Shown here: in pieces, positions 29,595 through 39,854 of the stretch
Layout of the letters: every line of letters starts with the position of its first letter
Position numbering within the stretch: the first letter of the stretch is position 1
NCBI GenBank assembly: GCA_016930775.1
Contig: JAFGGB010000011.1
Span: 11,415-75,414, forward strand
Length of the DNA: 64,000 bases
DNA from: Deltaproteobacteria bacterium
GTDB lineage: Bacteria; Desulfobacterota; Syntrophia; Syntrophales; UBA2210
Reading direction: 5' to 3'
Notes under the pieces: model-generated
The model's input: only the letters and a program-made list of their open reading frames with translations
Told to the model about the DNA's origin: nothing
Databases searched by the model: none
Program-made: the position numbers and the translations under genes

Positions 29595-30344
29595 TCAGGA
29601 TCGATCTTTCGGTCCATTGCCCCTGTAATAGCATGGCCGGAACGATCCATACTCGTACATAACATAGGAGCAGTGTCGGCTCCAGTCTCCCAGCGTCACG
29701 AGAACTCCCGTCCCGTTCGCGGAGACCTGCTCCTTGATCGCGGGCCTGTGGCAATGACCGAAAACCGCCCCGTCGTACCCTTCGTCAAGCTTCTCGAAGG
29801 CATAGGCCTCTATTTTTCCTGCCAGACGTTCGCATCCCTCATCGCCTCGGCGACGGCTCAAACGCGAGCATTTCCGGGCCAGACTCCAGAGCAGGGGAGG
29901 GGGCAAAGCTTGTTGCATCCTGTAGAAAATCGGGCTCCTCAAGAAGCCTCTCCAGGCCATATACGACCAATTATCCCGGTCCGCCCTGTCGCCGTGAGCA
30001 ACGTATATTTTTTTATCGTCCAATATTATGTCGGCGCCGTCGGGGTAGGTGATGAATCCCCTTGGACCGAAAAAATCATGGAGAAAAAAATCGTGGTTGC
30101 CCTCGAAGAGAACAACATCCGTGCCGGCCTCACGAAGAGATTCAAGGCACTCGACCATCTTCCGAAACGGCGGGTAGAGAGCGGCGGGACGGCAAAACCA
30201 AAAATCAAAAAAGTCTCCTACAATATATATCCTGTCGACTTTTCCGGCCTTCTCCTGGAAAAAGGAAAGCAGGTTTCTATATGTATCAGTTTGATCGTCA
30301 TTCAAATGAGCATCGGAAAGAAAAATTACCTTCATGCAGTTCAC
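29595..30344 (-). CDS. lpxH: UDP-2,3-diacylglucosamine diphosphatase
   Basis: Metallophosphoesterase motifs are present: FLSDAHL, GDFFDFW, GNHDF, HGD, GHCHRP. The likely start is MKVIF at 30335. Confidence 0.8.
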   Translation of the reverse strand: MNCMKVIFLSDAHLNDDQTDTYRNLLSFFQEKAGKVDRIYIVGDFFDFWFCRPAALYPPFRKMVECLESLREAGTDVVLFEGNHDFFLHDFFGPRGFITYPDGADIILDDKKIYVAHGDRADRDNWSYMAWRGFLRSPIFYRMQQALPPPLLWSLARKCSRLSRRRGDEGCERLAGKIEAYAFEKLDEGYDGAVFGHCHRPAIKEQVSANGTGVLVTLGDWSRHCSYVMYEYGSFRPCYYRGNGPKDRS

Positions 30345-30362
30345 TCAAAACTTCCCATAGGT

Positions 30363-31034
30363 TTACGAATGCGATCCGTAGGCGAAGATTCGACCGATAA
30401 AAGCACCTGTCTGGGAGATAATCCGTGAGATTTCTTCCTCCGTCAATCCGGCGCCTCGGGCAATGCGATTCGCCTCTTCGCGGGTCGCAAGATCACCGGG
30501 ACTATGGCTGTCCGTGTTTATAACAAGGGGCGCTCCATGCTTCCGGGCCATTGAGGCCACATGACCGTTCGACAGGCTATGCCCGGAGCGGGTGGTAATT
30601 TCCAGGAATATCGATCGTTCCGCCGCCAGTTGTGCTTCTTCATCGGTTATGAGTCCTGGGTGCGCCAGCACATCTATGGAACTATCCAAGGCAGCCCTGT
30701 TTGTGCCGGCGATGACCGGCTCCGCCAGGGTCTCGCCGTGGACAACGATAATTTCCGCTCCCTTCTTTCGCGCCTCTGTTGCAAGCGCTGATATATCCGC
30801 CGGGTGGACGTGGGTGATCTCTACGCCGGGTATGACAATCATGCGGTGGCGTTCGGCAAGAAGACGCGCCACCTGAGCCACCCGGGGAATAATAAAATCG
30901 TAATTCGCGTGATCGGCGTGGTCGGTAATGGCTATCGCACGGTATCCTTTTACCCAGGCGCGCCGCACAAGTTCGGACGGGATTAATGCACCGTCGCTGA
31001 AAATACTGTGAGTGTGGAGATCGATCATAAACAA
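30363..31034 (-). CDS. PHP-domain phosphoesterase (histidinol-phosphatase-like)
   Basis: 223 aa. IDLHTHSIFSDG at the N-terminus, and ITDH, VHGE and NTDSH metal-ligand blocks. Confidence 0.75.
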   Translation of the reverse strand: MFMIDLHTHSIFSDGALIPSELVRRAWVKGYRAIAITDHADHANYDFIIPRVAQVARLLAERHRMIVIPGVEITHVHPADISALATEARKKGAEIIVVHGETLAEPVIAGTNRAALDSSIDVLAHPGLITDEEAQLAAERSIFLEITTRSGHSLSNGHVASMARKHGAPLVINTDSHSPGDLATREEANRIARGAGLTEEEISRIISQTGAFIGRIFAYGSHS

Positions 31035-31275
31035 ACCTCGCTCGGCAAAGGGTCTCCTCTTTCAAGAGGGCAGGCGTGAGATATACGGGAGTCCGTCGTC
31101 CTGAAAAACGTAGGGAACTCCTTTATCAGATTACGACACAGGGGTCAATTCAGATCATGAGCAAGGACAACGGCGTCTCTACTCTCCGAACATCGTCCCC
31201 TGCTCTATTTTCAAAGACGCTGTTGTATGCTATAACCGGCGCCGAAATCCCAATAACAAGGGACGAACAATAATC

Positions 31276-32469
31276 GTGAAAACTATTTCCCGGTACCTTC
31301 TCAAGGAAATCGCGCCACCGTGGTTGCTTAGCCTTATCGTTCTAACTTTTATACTCGTCATGACCCACATACTCCAGCTGATGGATCTTGTTGTCAACAG
31401 GGGTGTGGGCCTTTCAGCCGTTACGAAGCTCCTTCTTTTCATAACGCCGTCATTTCTCATGATTACCATACCCATATCTCTTCTTATCGGCATTCTTGTC
31501 GCCTTGGGGAGACTCTCGCGCGACAACGAGATAACCGTACTGAAATCGTCGGGATTGAGTCTTTATCAACTCCTCCCTCCTATCGTTGCAGCCTCCTGCG
31601 CGGCTCTCGCAATAACGTCGGCGATGAGCTTTTTCCTCGTGCCCTACGGGAATCTGGCAACGAAGACGCTTCTCTTCGATCTGATGCAGCGGCGAGCAAG
31701 CCTGGGCATAAAAGAAAAGGTCTTCAACGATGATTTCAAGGGTCTCATGATATACGCCAATACCATACCAGCCCACGGCGGCTATATGGAGGAATTGTTC
31801 ATTGCCGACAGCCGATTGATGAAAAATCCAACGACCATAACCGCATCACGAGGGTATCTCTTTTCCGATCCCGAATCCAGGGCCTTCGTTCTCCGGCTTG
31901 TTGAAGGCAGTACGCATACCGTCGATACGGAATCAAAGGTCTACAAGAGAATGGACTTCAGTTCCTATGACGTAAGACTGGACCTTGAAGATCCGGCGGC
32001 CTCAACAGCAGGCTCCTTCCACAAAAGCAAAACAGAGATGTCTCTGGCGGAACTCTACGGGGAGCTGGGCGATCAGAACCTTCCGGAACTCCGACGACGC
32101 GAGCATGTCATCGAAATGCACAAGCGTTTTGCCATGCCTGCCGCCGCACTCGTTTTCGGACTTTTGGGACTATCTCTGGGCATCGGACAGCCGCGGTCCG
32201 GCAAGTCCAAGGGATTTGTCATCGGCCTCGCCGTGATCGTTGTTTATTATGTCATGCAGCTCACGGGAGACGCCTTGGGAGAAATGGGCGCTCTTCCCCT
32301 GGTGGCAGCTACCTGGGGCCCCGATTGTATACTCTTCATGGCAGGCCTTGTTCTGTTGACGATGAAGGCGCGGGAAATATCGCCAGCCTTTTTCCTGCAT
32401 AGACTGCTCCGTCATCGCGGCATTGCCCGGAGGAGCAATAGCGGCGCCGGCCGGAAGGATCGGCCATGA
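31276..32469 (+). CDS. lptF: LPS export ABC permease LptF (YjgP/YjgQ family)
   Basis: 397 aa with a GTG start. The N-terminus ISRYLLKEI is typical, with 6 TM segments and a central periplasmic domain. It overlaps lptG by 4 nt. Confidence 0.85.
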   Translation: MKTISRYLLKEIAPPWLLSLIVLTFILVMTHILQLMDLVVNRGVGLSAVTKLLLFITPSFLMITIPISLLIGILVALGRLSRDNEITVLKSSGLSLYQLLPPIVAASCAALAITSAMSFFLVPYGNLATKTLLFDLMQRRASLGIKEKVFNDDFKGLMIYANTIPAHGGYMEELFIADSRLMKNPTTITASRGYLFSDPESRAFVLRLVEGSTHTVDTESKVYKRMDFSSYDVRLDLEDPAASTAGSFHKSKTEMSLAELYGELGDQNLPELRRREHVIEMHKRFAMPAAALVFGLLGLSLGIGQPRSGKSKGFVIGLAVIVVYYVMQLTGDALGEMGALPLVAATWGPDCILFMAGLVLLTMKAREISPAFFLHRLLRHRGIARRSNSGAGRKDRP

Positions 32470-33545
32470 CGATTCTGGACAGGTATGTTCTCAAGGAGTA
32501 CGTCAGGAATTTCAGCCTGATCCTCTGCGCACTCATGACTGTCTATATAATAGTGGACTTCTTCGAGCGCGTCAGGATGTTTCTGAGCAACAACGCCACG
32601 ATTGGCCACATCCTCTCGTATCTGCTCTACAACATCCCCATGATTCTTGTCCTCATGCTTCCCATAACCGTTCTCCTGGCTTCTCTCGTGACCTTCACCA
32701 TCCTGACCAGGAACAACGAGGTAACGGCCATGAAGGCCAACGGCCTAAGTCTCTACCGCGTTTCGGCGTCTCTTATCGCCGCAGCCATTGTTGCTTCACT
32801 TGCAATCTTTCTCCTCAATGAGTTCGTCACTCCCCGGACGAACCGCAAGGTCAAGCACATCAGGTACATCGAGGTTCAAAAAAGGGAAAGCATGGGAACC
32901 TTCAAAAAGAACGAGATATGGTACCGGGGGCAGAACGGAATATACAATTTCGGCATCTTCGACCCGCTGACCGGGACGATTCAGGGGATAAAAATCAATT
33001 ATCTCGACGATCACATGAAACTGGTGAAGCGCATCGACGCCCGCCGCGCCGCATGGGAAAAGGACCGATGGGTCTTTTACGACATCCTCGTTACCACCTT
33101 TGATGAGAAACGAAGGCCTCTTCTTCAGAAGCTGGCCTCGGCGATCGTGGACATTCCGGAAAGCCCGGAGGACCTCAGCGTCGTCCAAAAAGGCGCCGAT
33201 GAGATGGGGTACTTCGAGTTGCTGCGCTATATCGCCAAAATCAGATCGGAAGGATTCGATGCCAGTCGTTACCTGCCTGATCTTTACGGCAAAATTTCCT
33301 TTCCCTTTGTGACGATAATTCTTACGATGCTGGGAATCGCCTTCTCCGTCCGATCCGAGAGGAGCGGCGGAATCTTCCGCAGCCTCGGCATCGGCATCGT
33401 CATCGGCCTTTCCTACTGGATTATCTTCGGCTTTTCACTGTCTCTGGGAAGATCTGGTTCGATTCCGCCTGCCGTGGCCGCCTGGGCCGCGAATTCACTC
33501 TTCGGCGCCGCCGCCCTGGCGCTCTTTTGCCGAGTGAAAACCTGA
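32466..33545 (+). CDS. lptG: LPS export ABC permease LptG
   Basis: 359 aa. The N-terminus ILDRYVLKEY is typical of YjgP/YjgQ proteins, and the gene is paired with lptF. Confidence 0.85.
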   Translation: MTILDRYVLKEYVRNFSLILCALMTVYIIVDFFERVRMFLSNNATIGHILSYLLYNIPMILVLMLPITVLLASLVTFTILTRNNEVTAMKANGLSLYRVSASLIAAAIVASLAIFLLNEFVTPRTNRKVKHIRYIEVQKRESMGTFKKNEIWYRGQNGIYNFGIFDPLTGTIQGIKINYLDDHMKLVKRIDARRAAWEKDRWVFYDILVTTFDEKRRPLLQKLASAIVDIPESPEDLSVVQKGADEMGYFELLRYIAKIRSEGFDASRYLPDLYGKISFPFVTIILTMLGIAFSVRSERSGGIFRSLGIGIVIGLSYWIIFGFSLSLGRSGSIPPAVAAWAANSLFGAAALALFCRVKT

Positions 33546-33661
33546 CATCGCCGAATAGCGGAACAGTATTCAACCGTGGCGGTGAAGATTCAAGGTCATC
33601 TGTTTGTTGCGGAACAGGATCTCCTTCTTCCGGTCAGGCCCCGCCCCGCCGGTCCTTTTTT

Positions 33662-36139
33662 TCAGGACGCACTGCGGTTTCGACCCTCAGCCTTCGCCCT
33701 GTAGAGTGCATTGTCTGCGGCGCCGATTAATTCCGCCGGCGATTTGTCTGTCCGGGGGATAAGGGTGGCAATGCCGAGACTAATTGTGACAACGGGACCG
33801 GCAGCCGAGGAAGCGTGGGGAATTCCCAGGGCCTCCACGCCACTGCGCAGCTCTTCCGCCACGATCAACGCGCCTTCGCGAGGTGTGTCCGGGAGGATAA
33901 CACTGAACTCCTCTCCGCCGTAGCGTGACGCAAGATCCATCGGCCTGCGCATGTGCTGGACGAGGGCGCCGGCGACAGCCTGGAGGCATTCATCGCCCTG
34001 CTGATGACCGTAGGTATCATTGAAAGCCTTGAAAAAATCGATGTCACAGAGGATGAGCGACAGATTGGTCCGTTCACGGAGAGCACGTTTCCATTCTTGC
34101 TCGAGAACCTCATCGAAGTGGCGGCGGTTGGCGATGCCGGTGAGACCGTCGTGCCGGGAGAGCCGATCGAGAAGTTCTTCCACACGCTTATGCTCGGAAA
34201 TGTCGTGGGCGATGACCAGGAGCCCGTCCTTCTCATGAAAAGGAATTTTCGTGCGGACTTCTTCGACGTCTACGTCTTCGCCGTCCTTCTTCCTGTATCG
34301 GGATTCCTGCCCATCTCCGGGCGCTCGAAGATCCTGGAGTGTCATTGCCAGCAGTTCATTGTCGTCGTATCCCAGCCATTCCCTCATAAAGGGGTTGCAG
34401 GAAATAATTCGTCCGCTCTCAATTTCCGCGATGAATATCGCGCTTGGGGCGTTTTCGTAGATCGCCCGGAAGCGGCTTTCCAGAATGGCGGATTTCGCGG
34501 CCGATTCGAGGGATTTCTGGAATCCTACAGAGAGACCGATGGTCAGCAGGCAGACGGTGAGAGTAATCAGGATTGCCATGAGTCGATAGAAGGCAATGAT
34601 TTCGGTGGAATTGAGCAGAATGAGCGACCACCCTTCCCGGTTGACGAATTTTCTTGTAACGAGATAACGGCGGCTGTCGAGGAGAACGTCGCTTCCATCG
34701 ACAGGCTCGGCTGCGAGGAAAGACCGGAAAGGTCCCGTACCGAAGGTGCGACGTGTCAGAATTGCCTGCTTTGCCGAGGCAGAAAGCGGCCAGAGGCTCA
34801 TGAGGCGCATCTCCGGTTTGCTGGAGAGGAAGATGATCCCCTCGGGACTGACGAAAAAGACATGGTCGTATCCAAGAAAGTCCGCCTCTGCACGGTCCAG
34901 GACTTGCTTTATAACGGCCACGCCGGTGATCCGCCTGTCAGGGGTGTATATGGGGGCGCCGGCATAAAAGCATCGTTCGCCCGAGGGAATATCGAAGGCA
35001 AACTGGGTGGCCGCCGAACCGGAGGCAGAGATCTTGAAATAGCTCCAGTCGTCGTAACTGCGGCCGAGAAAGCTCTCCGGGTTGAAACGGTTCGACGAGG
35101 CGACTGCCGTTCCCTCCGTATCAAGAAGATAGCAGACCGACACGTCGAGAGACTCCCGGTACTGGTCGAGGATGATATTGGCGATGTCGATATCCCGGCC
35201 TGCGCCGGAGATGAGCGCTGTTTCTATCCAGGGAGAACCGGCCAGGATTTCTACTGCCCGAGGCGGTTCCTGGAGAGTGCTGTTCATGTGACTGACCAGC
35301 ACCATCATGTGCTGCTTTCCCTTGGCTGCAACTTGCGTTCGGGCATGACCGCCGAGGTACAGAGTCAGGGCAAAACCGGCCGAGAGGCACAGTCCAAGGA
35401 CGAACATAAAGGTCCAGTGCAGTGAACGAAAGTTTCGGCCAAGAAGGTTGCTGTCAGCGGCACTGTCCAGTGGGCTCATGGAGTAATTGATGATTGCTGC
35501 GGCAATGAAGAGTGTCAGCAGGCCGCGGATCATCTGAATCGGCAGGCCGGTCCACCGGAGGAAATACCCCGTGTTAAGCAGTGAAGCAGGGAAAAAGGAA
35601 GCGTCGGGGACGATCATGCCGGTTGCGGCAGCAAAGAGAGCCATGCAGGCGGCAGCGGTTATGAGAAAAAACCGTTCTCGACCCGTCTTCTTTTCGGCAT
35701 AACGGTAGAGCGCCGCTGCGGCCCAAAGACCGCCGGTTAAGCCCAGAGCGTAACGGGTGACCGCATGTGCGCCGGTCAAACCCGTCGCCCATCCTCCAGC
35801 GATGGCAAGTGCGACGGGCAGGAGGAGAATTCCCCTTCCCGGTCCGCTTCCCCGAAGGCGTCGCTGTCCGGCTCGGGCGAATTCCAGGAGAAAGAGATAC
35901 GAGAGCGCCAGGACGAGGAGGCGTCCACTTTGAAAGAGAGATGAATCGCCAAGGGTGAGCGCCAGGAGATCGAGCCATTCATTCCCGCCGTGGGCGAGAC
36001 CGAAAAGGCCGAGGATCGTCCAGGGGAACCGCTTCCACTCGGCTCTCTGTAAGGAAAAGCAGACGGCCGCCAGAACGATGAAGGCGAGGCCGTACAAGAA
36101 AAAAATGTAATCGAGCTGTGCTTGAAACAATTCAGACAT
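33662..36139 (-). CDS. membrane sensor diguanylate cyclase (multi-TM N-domain, extracytoplasmic Cache-like region, PAS, GGDEF)
   Basis: 825 aa. It has ~7 N-terminal helices, a ~280-aa loop between TM segments, a PAS domain (IFIAEIESGRIISCNP) and a GGDEF domain (RYGGEEFSVIL). Confidence 0.85.
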   Translation of the reverse strand: MSELFQAQLDYIFFLYGLAFIVLAAVCFSLQRAEWKRFPWTILGLFGLAHGGNEWLDLLALTLGDSSLFQSGRLLVLALSYLFLLEFARAGQRRLRGSGPGRGILLLPVALAIAGGWATGLTGAHAVTRYALGLTGGLWAAAALYRYAEKKTGRERFFLITAAACMALFAAATGMIVPDASFFPASLLNTGYFLRWTGLPIQMIRGLLTLFIAAAIINYSMSPLDSAADSNLLGRNFRSLHWTFMFVLGLCLSAGFALTLYLGGHARTQVAAKGKQHMMVLVSHMNSTLQEPPRAVEILAGSPWIETALISGAGRDIDIANIILDQYRESLDVSVCYLLDTEGTAVASSNRFNPESFLGRSYDDWSYFKISASGSAATQFAFDIPSGERCFYAGAPIYTPDRRITGVAVIKQVLDRAEADFLGYDHVFFVSPEGIIFLSSKPEMRLMSLWPLSASAKQAILTRRTFGTGPFRSFLAAEPVDGSDVLLDSRRYLVTRKFVNREGWSLILLNSTEIIAFYRLMAILITLTVCLLTIGLSVGFQKSLESAAKSAILESRFRAIYENAPSAIFIAEIESGRIISCNPFMREWLGYDDNELLAMTLQDLRAPGDGQESRYRKKDGEDVDVEEVRTKIPFHEKDGLLVIAHDISEHKRVEELLDRLSRHDGLTGIANRRHFDEVLEQEWKRALRERTNLSLILCDIDFFKAFNDTYGHQQGDECLQAVAGALVQHMRRPMDLASRYGGEEFSVILPDTPREGALIVAEELRSGVEALGIPHASSAAGPVVTISLGIATLIPRTDKSPAELIGAADNALYRAKAEGRNRSAS

Positions 36140-36243
36140 GAGATGTTTTCTCGGCGCTACCGGTTACAGAAAGAACGGATTTCCAACATTTCAATCATCT
36201 GACAATCGTGCCGACTCAGCAATTATCCCGTTGAAATTGCCAA

Positions 36244-37227
36244 TTATTTCACAAACCCGAGATCGATCAACATTTCCAGGTATGTTCTCTCTTCTGCTGT
36301 CAGAAATGCGGCGAAACTGTTCGCATCGGCATAGGAATCTACCCATTGCAGCTTCTCAAGAGAGACCTTCCACGTCTTCGCGCCCACCATCGTTTTCAGG
36401 GTCCTTGCCCAGAAGTCCTGAGCTTCCCTGGACATGCCGGGAGGGCCGAAAACGCCGCGCCACACCTCATAGACAGTCTCGATCCCCAATTCCTTGAGGG
36501 TCGGAACGTCTTTCAGGGGACCGCCGCGCCGCTCGCCGGAGGTGATCGCCAGGGCGCGAACCGTTCCCGCCTTGATGTGCTTGAGAACCTCGCCGGCGCC
36601 GCTGGACACAAAGAATACGTTCCCGCACAGAAGAGTCGTCAGGGCCTCCCCGCCCCCGGAAAAGGCCACGTAGGAAAGATCCCTGGCGTTGATCCCGACC
36701 TCCTTCGCCACCTTGCAGAAGGCTAGATGATCCATCGAACCGGGGTTCGATCCGCCCCCAAACTTCATCGCGCCGGGATTTTTCTTCAGCTCCCTCAGCA
36801 GATCATGAAAGGTTTTGTATGGAGAGTCCGCCTTCACAATGAATACCTGGTAGTCCGTAATCAGCTTGGCCAAGGGGGTGAGCACAGAGTAGCGATGGGG
36901 AAACTGTTTCGTAATCGAGTTGATGATCAGTGGCGGCGAGTACACTATCAGCTCGTAATCGTCGCCCTTTTTCATGTTCATGTATGCCATGCCGGCCGCT
37001 CCTCCTCCGCCCGGCTTGTTCAAAACTGAAATGGGCTGTGAACAGAGATTTTCATCCTCCAAGGTGCGCTTCAGTGTACGGGCCAAAGCGTCCCAACCTC
37101 CGCCAGGGTTGGATGGCGCCACGATCTCGATCGGACGGGAAGGATAAGCCGCCGCCTCGCTGAATCTGACATGGACAGGGGAGAACAAAATAATGAACGC
37201 AACCACCAAGAAAATCCTTTTCAACAT
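36244..37227 (-). CDS. Bug/TctC-family tripartite tricarboxylate transporter substrate-binding protein (orphan)
   Basis: The start is chosen at MLKRIF (GGAG 7 nt upstream). A signal peptide is followed by YPSRPIEIVAPSNPGGGWD, typical of TctC. No tctA or tctB gene is nearby. Confidence 0.8.
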   Translation of the reverse strand: MLKRIFLVVAFIILFSPVHVRFSEAAAYPSRPIEIVAPSNPGGGWDALARTLKRTLEDENLCSQPISVLNKPGGGGAAGMAYMNMKKGDDYELIVYSPPLIINSITKQFPHRYSVLTPLAKLITDYQVFIVKADSPYKTFHDLLRELKKNPGAMKFGGGSNPGSMDHLAFCKVAKEVGINARDLSYVAFSGGGEALTTLLCGNVFFVSSGAGEVLKHIKAGTVRALAITSGERRGGPLKDVPTLKELGIETVYEVWRGVFGPPGMSREAQDFWARTLKTMVGAKTWKVSLEKLQWVDSYADANSFAAFLTAEERTYLEMLIDLGFVK

Positions 37228-37836
37228 CACCATGCTCCTTTCCTTGGTGCAGTATTCCGCCACGGGGCGGGACAAGCAAGATCGAGTTGAGGAGAAAAAT
37301 TGTCTCCTCCTCGCCGCTGCTTTGTCTCCCCCCATTCAAAAGACAACGCGTTCTCGTGATTTTTCCCTGATGAAGAATTAAGATTGTTACTCTGGTAACG
37401 GGAGTATGTCAATAGTGACGTTTCCTCCTGCGGCAGAGTCCATAGGCACATGGGTTTTGAGATTGCCCGCTTTCGGTTCCCTTTAGACTCTTTACGAGAT
37501 CGTTAAAACTAATCGGATCGTATGGCAATGATGGATAAATATGGACTTATTGCAGCAGAAAGGTTCCCATCGACAATCCGTTGGGTCCTGTGTGAGAGGC
37601 TTTGAGTCCCATTGCCATTGCCGGCATACTGGCGTATGTAATAACCTATGATTATTGACGGGTAGTAGGGTGTCTGCCCCATGAACAGGGCGCGAAAAAT
37701 GCTTACAGCCATTCTGGTCGATTTCGACAGCAGGATGATTCTTTGCGACGAGCCGCGTTTCTGCAAGCGCTGTTTCGCTTGTCTCAATAAGGGCATCGCA
37801 ATGGTTTCGGTCCCGAGCGATCCCATATTCGGCTGA

Positions 37837-39648
37837 TTGGACCCATTGCTGGCATTTTCTGCATTAATGCAATGCCGGCAGTTTAGTCTGCTTAAAGTTT
37901 CGGCGGCGTTCGTGTTTAATGCCCGGCCGGAAATATTGAAAGAAAGGATGACGAGACATTTCATGGTAGATGCATCCGATGGGACCAAAAGGGTTGCTGG
38001 CGTGATACCCTTCGCGCAGGCTGAAATTTTGAGGCGGGATATGAATCGTCTCTCGGGGGGCCAACTGCTGAAAAGAATAATTGACGACAAGAATTCGCGG
38101 CAGCTTATACAGGGTCTTGCCATTCAGGATTTCTATTGGATAATGAAGAAGATAGGAGAAGAAGATGCCCTGCCCATCCTGGCAATGTCCTCGCTGGAGC
38201 AATGGCAGTATGTGATGGATCTCGAAATCTGGGAACGAGACCGGATGGATGAGGATAAGACTGCTCAGTGGCTTAAGCGGCTCGTCGAGGCGGACTCGCA
38301 AAAAACCGCAGCCTGGCTTATCACTGAGGAGTATCTGATCTATCATTTTCTTGCAACCCAGGTGGAGACCGAGGCCAGGAACTTTGATGACGAGGATGCT
38401 CCTAAAGAAGGGTATTTTACCCTTGACGGTCTTTTTTTCATTAAAGTGAAGGATGAGGGAAAACGCGAATTGATCGAAGAACTTCTCCATGCCCTGTATG
38501 CGGTCGATCCGACTGTCTATGGGAGCATTGTCATGGGAATCGCCGGCGCCGTGCCCGCGGAAATTGAGGAGGAGTTGTACAGACTCCGGAATGTACGCCT
38601 TGCCGAGCAGGGATTTCTTTCTTTCGAGGAGGCGCTGATCCTATATGCCCCGCTGGATCCGTCCGTTCTCTTGAAGCCGGACCCGGCCCTTTCCGTCGAA
38701 CCTGGACCCTTTGACGAAGGGGTCAAAACGCCCGTAATACCTCTTTTTCACAGTCCATCGGACACATTTTTCACGCATCTCCTGGGGCGTATCAATGAAA
38801 AGGATAAACTTGAACGGATCGGTCTGGAGTTTGCCGGCCTTGTGAACAGAATCATGGCGGCTGACGGCATGAAGACGCCCGATTATGAAACTCTAGCGGC
38901 GATTTCCCGCAGGCTTTCGGGCTATGTCGGCATCGCCCTAGAAAAGGCAACGGCCGGGAAAGAGGATAGGGCGCTTGCTATCCTCAGCGGTCACACTCTT
39001 GAAAGGCTTTTCCGGGTGGGCTTCGGTTATGCCGTTGATCTTCGTGGGAAGTTTATGCGGTGGCTCTCCGGCAGCTGGTTCCGCCGCCGCGGTTTTACGA
39101 TGACATTCTGGGGCGACCGCTGGGCGCCCGTGCTGACGGGGTTGATGCAGCAGCGGCCCCGTTACTGGTCCGGCGATGAATCGGCCGCATACAGAGATTT
39201 TGAGCGTGCAGCGGAAATAGACAATGCAGATATGCTCTTCCAGGGCATTGCCGGTCTTGACGGCATACTTGAAAAGATAGCGCGCGAGTCGCGGGTAGAA
39301 GAAATCAAGGCCATTGATCCCGAGGCGACCTTCCTGCCGTTCCTCTTCACGTTCTGGGCCAATGTCATCCTGGATAAAGATCATGGTTTCGTTGGCCTGA
39401 ACCCCGTTGAGGCTCGGCGATTCTTTTCTGTCCTGAGAAGCGGAGAGAATGCGCCGCCGTACCGCATGGAAAAATATCGCAGGACCTTCATCGAGGAGTT
39501 CAGTCGGCTGACGCCCTCAAGCCCGGCCCTGGAGGACCTCCTCGGTGATTTGTGGCGTGAATTTCGAGAGGAATATGAATCGATCGGCCCCGATGATCTC
39601 CATGGGCGTTTTTCCAGGCATATAATTATCGACGATGAAAACTCCTGA
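37837..39648 (+). CDS. hypothetical protein (~560-600 aa, possibly DUF6178-like); start uncertain
   Basis: A long ORF with normal acidic/helical composition. Alternative starts are at 37948 or 37966. I have only a vague memory of the family name. Confidence 0.65.
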   Translation: MDPLLAFSALMQCRQFSLLKVSAAFVFNARPEILKERMTRHFMVDASDGTKRVAGVIPFAQAEILRRDMNRLSGGQLLKRIIDDKNSRQLIQGLAIQDFYWIMKKIGEEDALPILAMSSLEQWQYVMDLEIWERDRMDEDKTAQWLKRLVEADSQKTAAWLITEEYLIYHFLATQVETEARNFDDEDAPKEGYFTLDGLFFIKVKDEGKRELIEELLHALYAVDPTVYGSIVMGIAGAVPAEIEEELYRLRNVRLAEQGFLSFEEALILYAPLDPSVLLKPDPALSVEPGPFDEGVKTPVIPLFHSPSDTFFTHLLGRINEKDKLERIGLEFAGLVNRIMAADGMKTPDYETLAAISRRLSGYVGIALEKATAGKEDRALAILSGHTLERLFRVGFGYAVDLRGKFMRWLSGSWFRRRGFTMTFWGDRWAPVLTGLMQQRPRYWSGDESAAYRDFERAAEIDNADMLFQGIAGLDGILEKIARESRVEEIKAIDPEATFLPFLFTFWANVILDKDHGFVGLNPVEARRFFSVLRSGENAPPYRMEKYRRTFIEEFSRLTPSSPALEDLLGDLWREFREEYESIGPDDLHGRFSRHIIIDDENS

Positions 39649-39734
39649 TCCATTGCTGGGGCGACTCCGGCAAGAGTTCCGGCGTGTAATGCTGAAAATA
39701 TTTATGTTTCCGCCAGATATTCAACATAACTGTA

Positions 39735-39763
39735 TTGACAGGTCCCGGATGATACAGTAAAAA
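39735..39763 (+). promoter_or_regulatory. candidate sigma70 promoter of ino1
   Basis: TTGACA (39735-39740), a 17-nt spacer, then TAAAAA (39758-39763), ~90 nt upstream of the ino1 ATG. Confidence 0.3.
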
Positions 39764-39854
39764 ATCTAACGTCTGTAACAGTTTCGGAATGAATGTCTCC
39801 GGCGTTCAACAGACGGAATGCCGGCCGCTTCTCGTGTGCGAGGAAAGTCGACGA

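Noticed and set aside
33953-35425. A 490-aa ORF antisense to the GGDEF sensor gene. Similar long antisense ORFs occur at 61229..62533, 21134..22057, 50650..51615, 52170..53054, 29523..30428, 44950..45687 and 46684..47445.
   Set aside because: Each lies entirely opposite a gene with clear family motifs. Their translations are Arg/Gly/Pro/His-rich and low in complexity, with no recognisable motifs and no SD. They are typical shadow ORFs in moderately GC-rich coding DNA.
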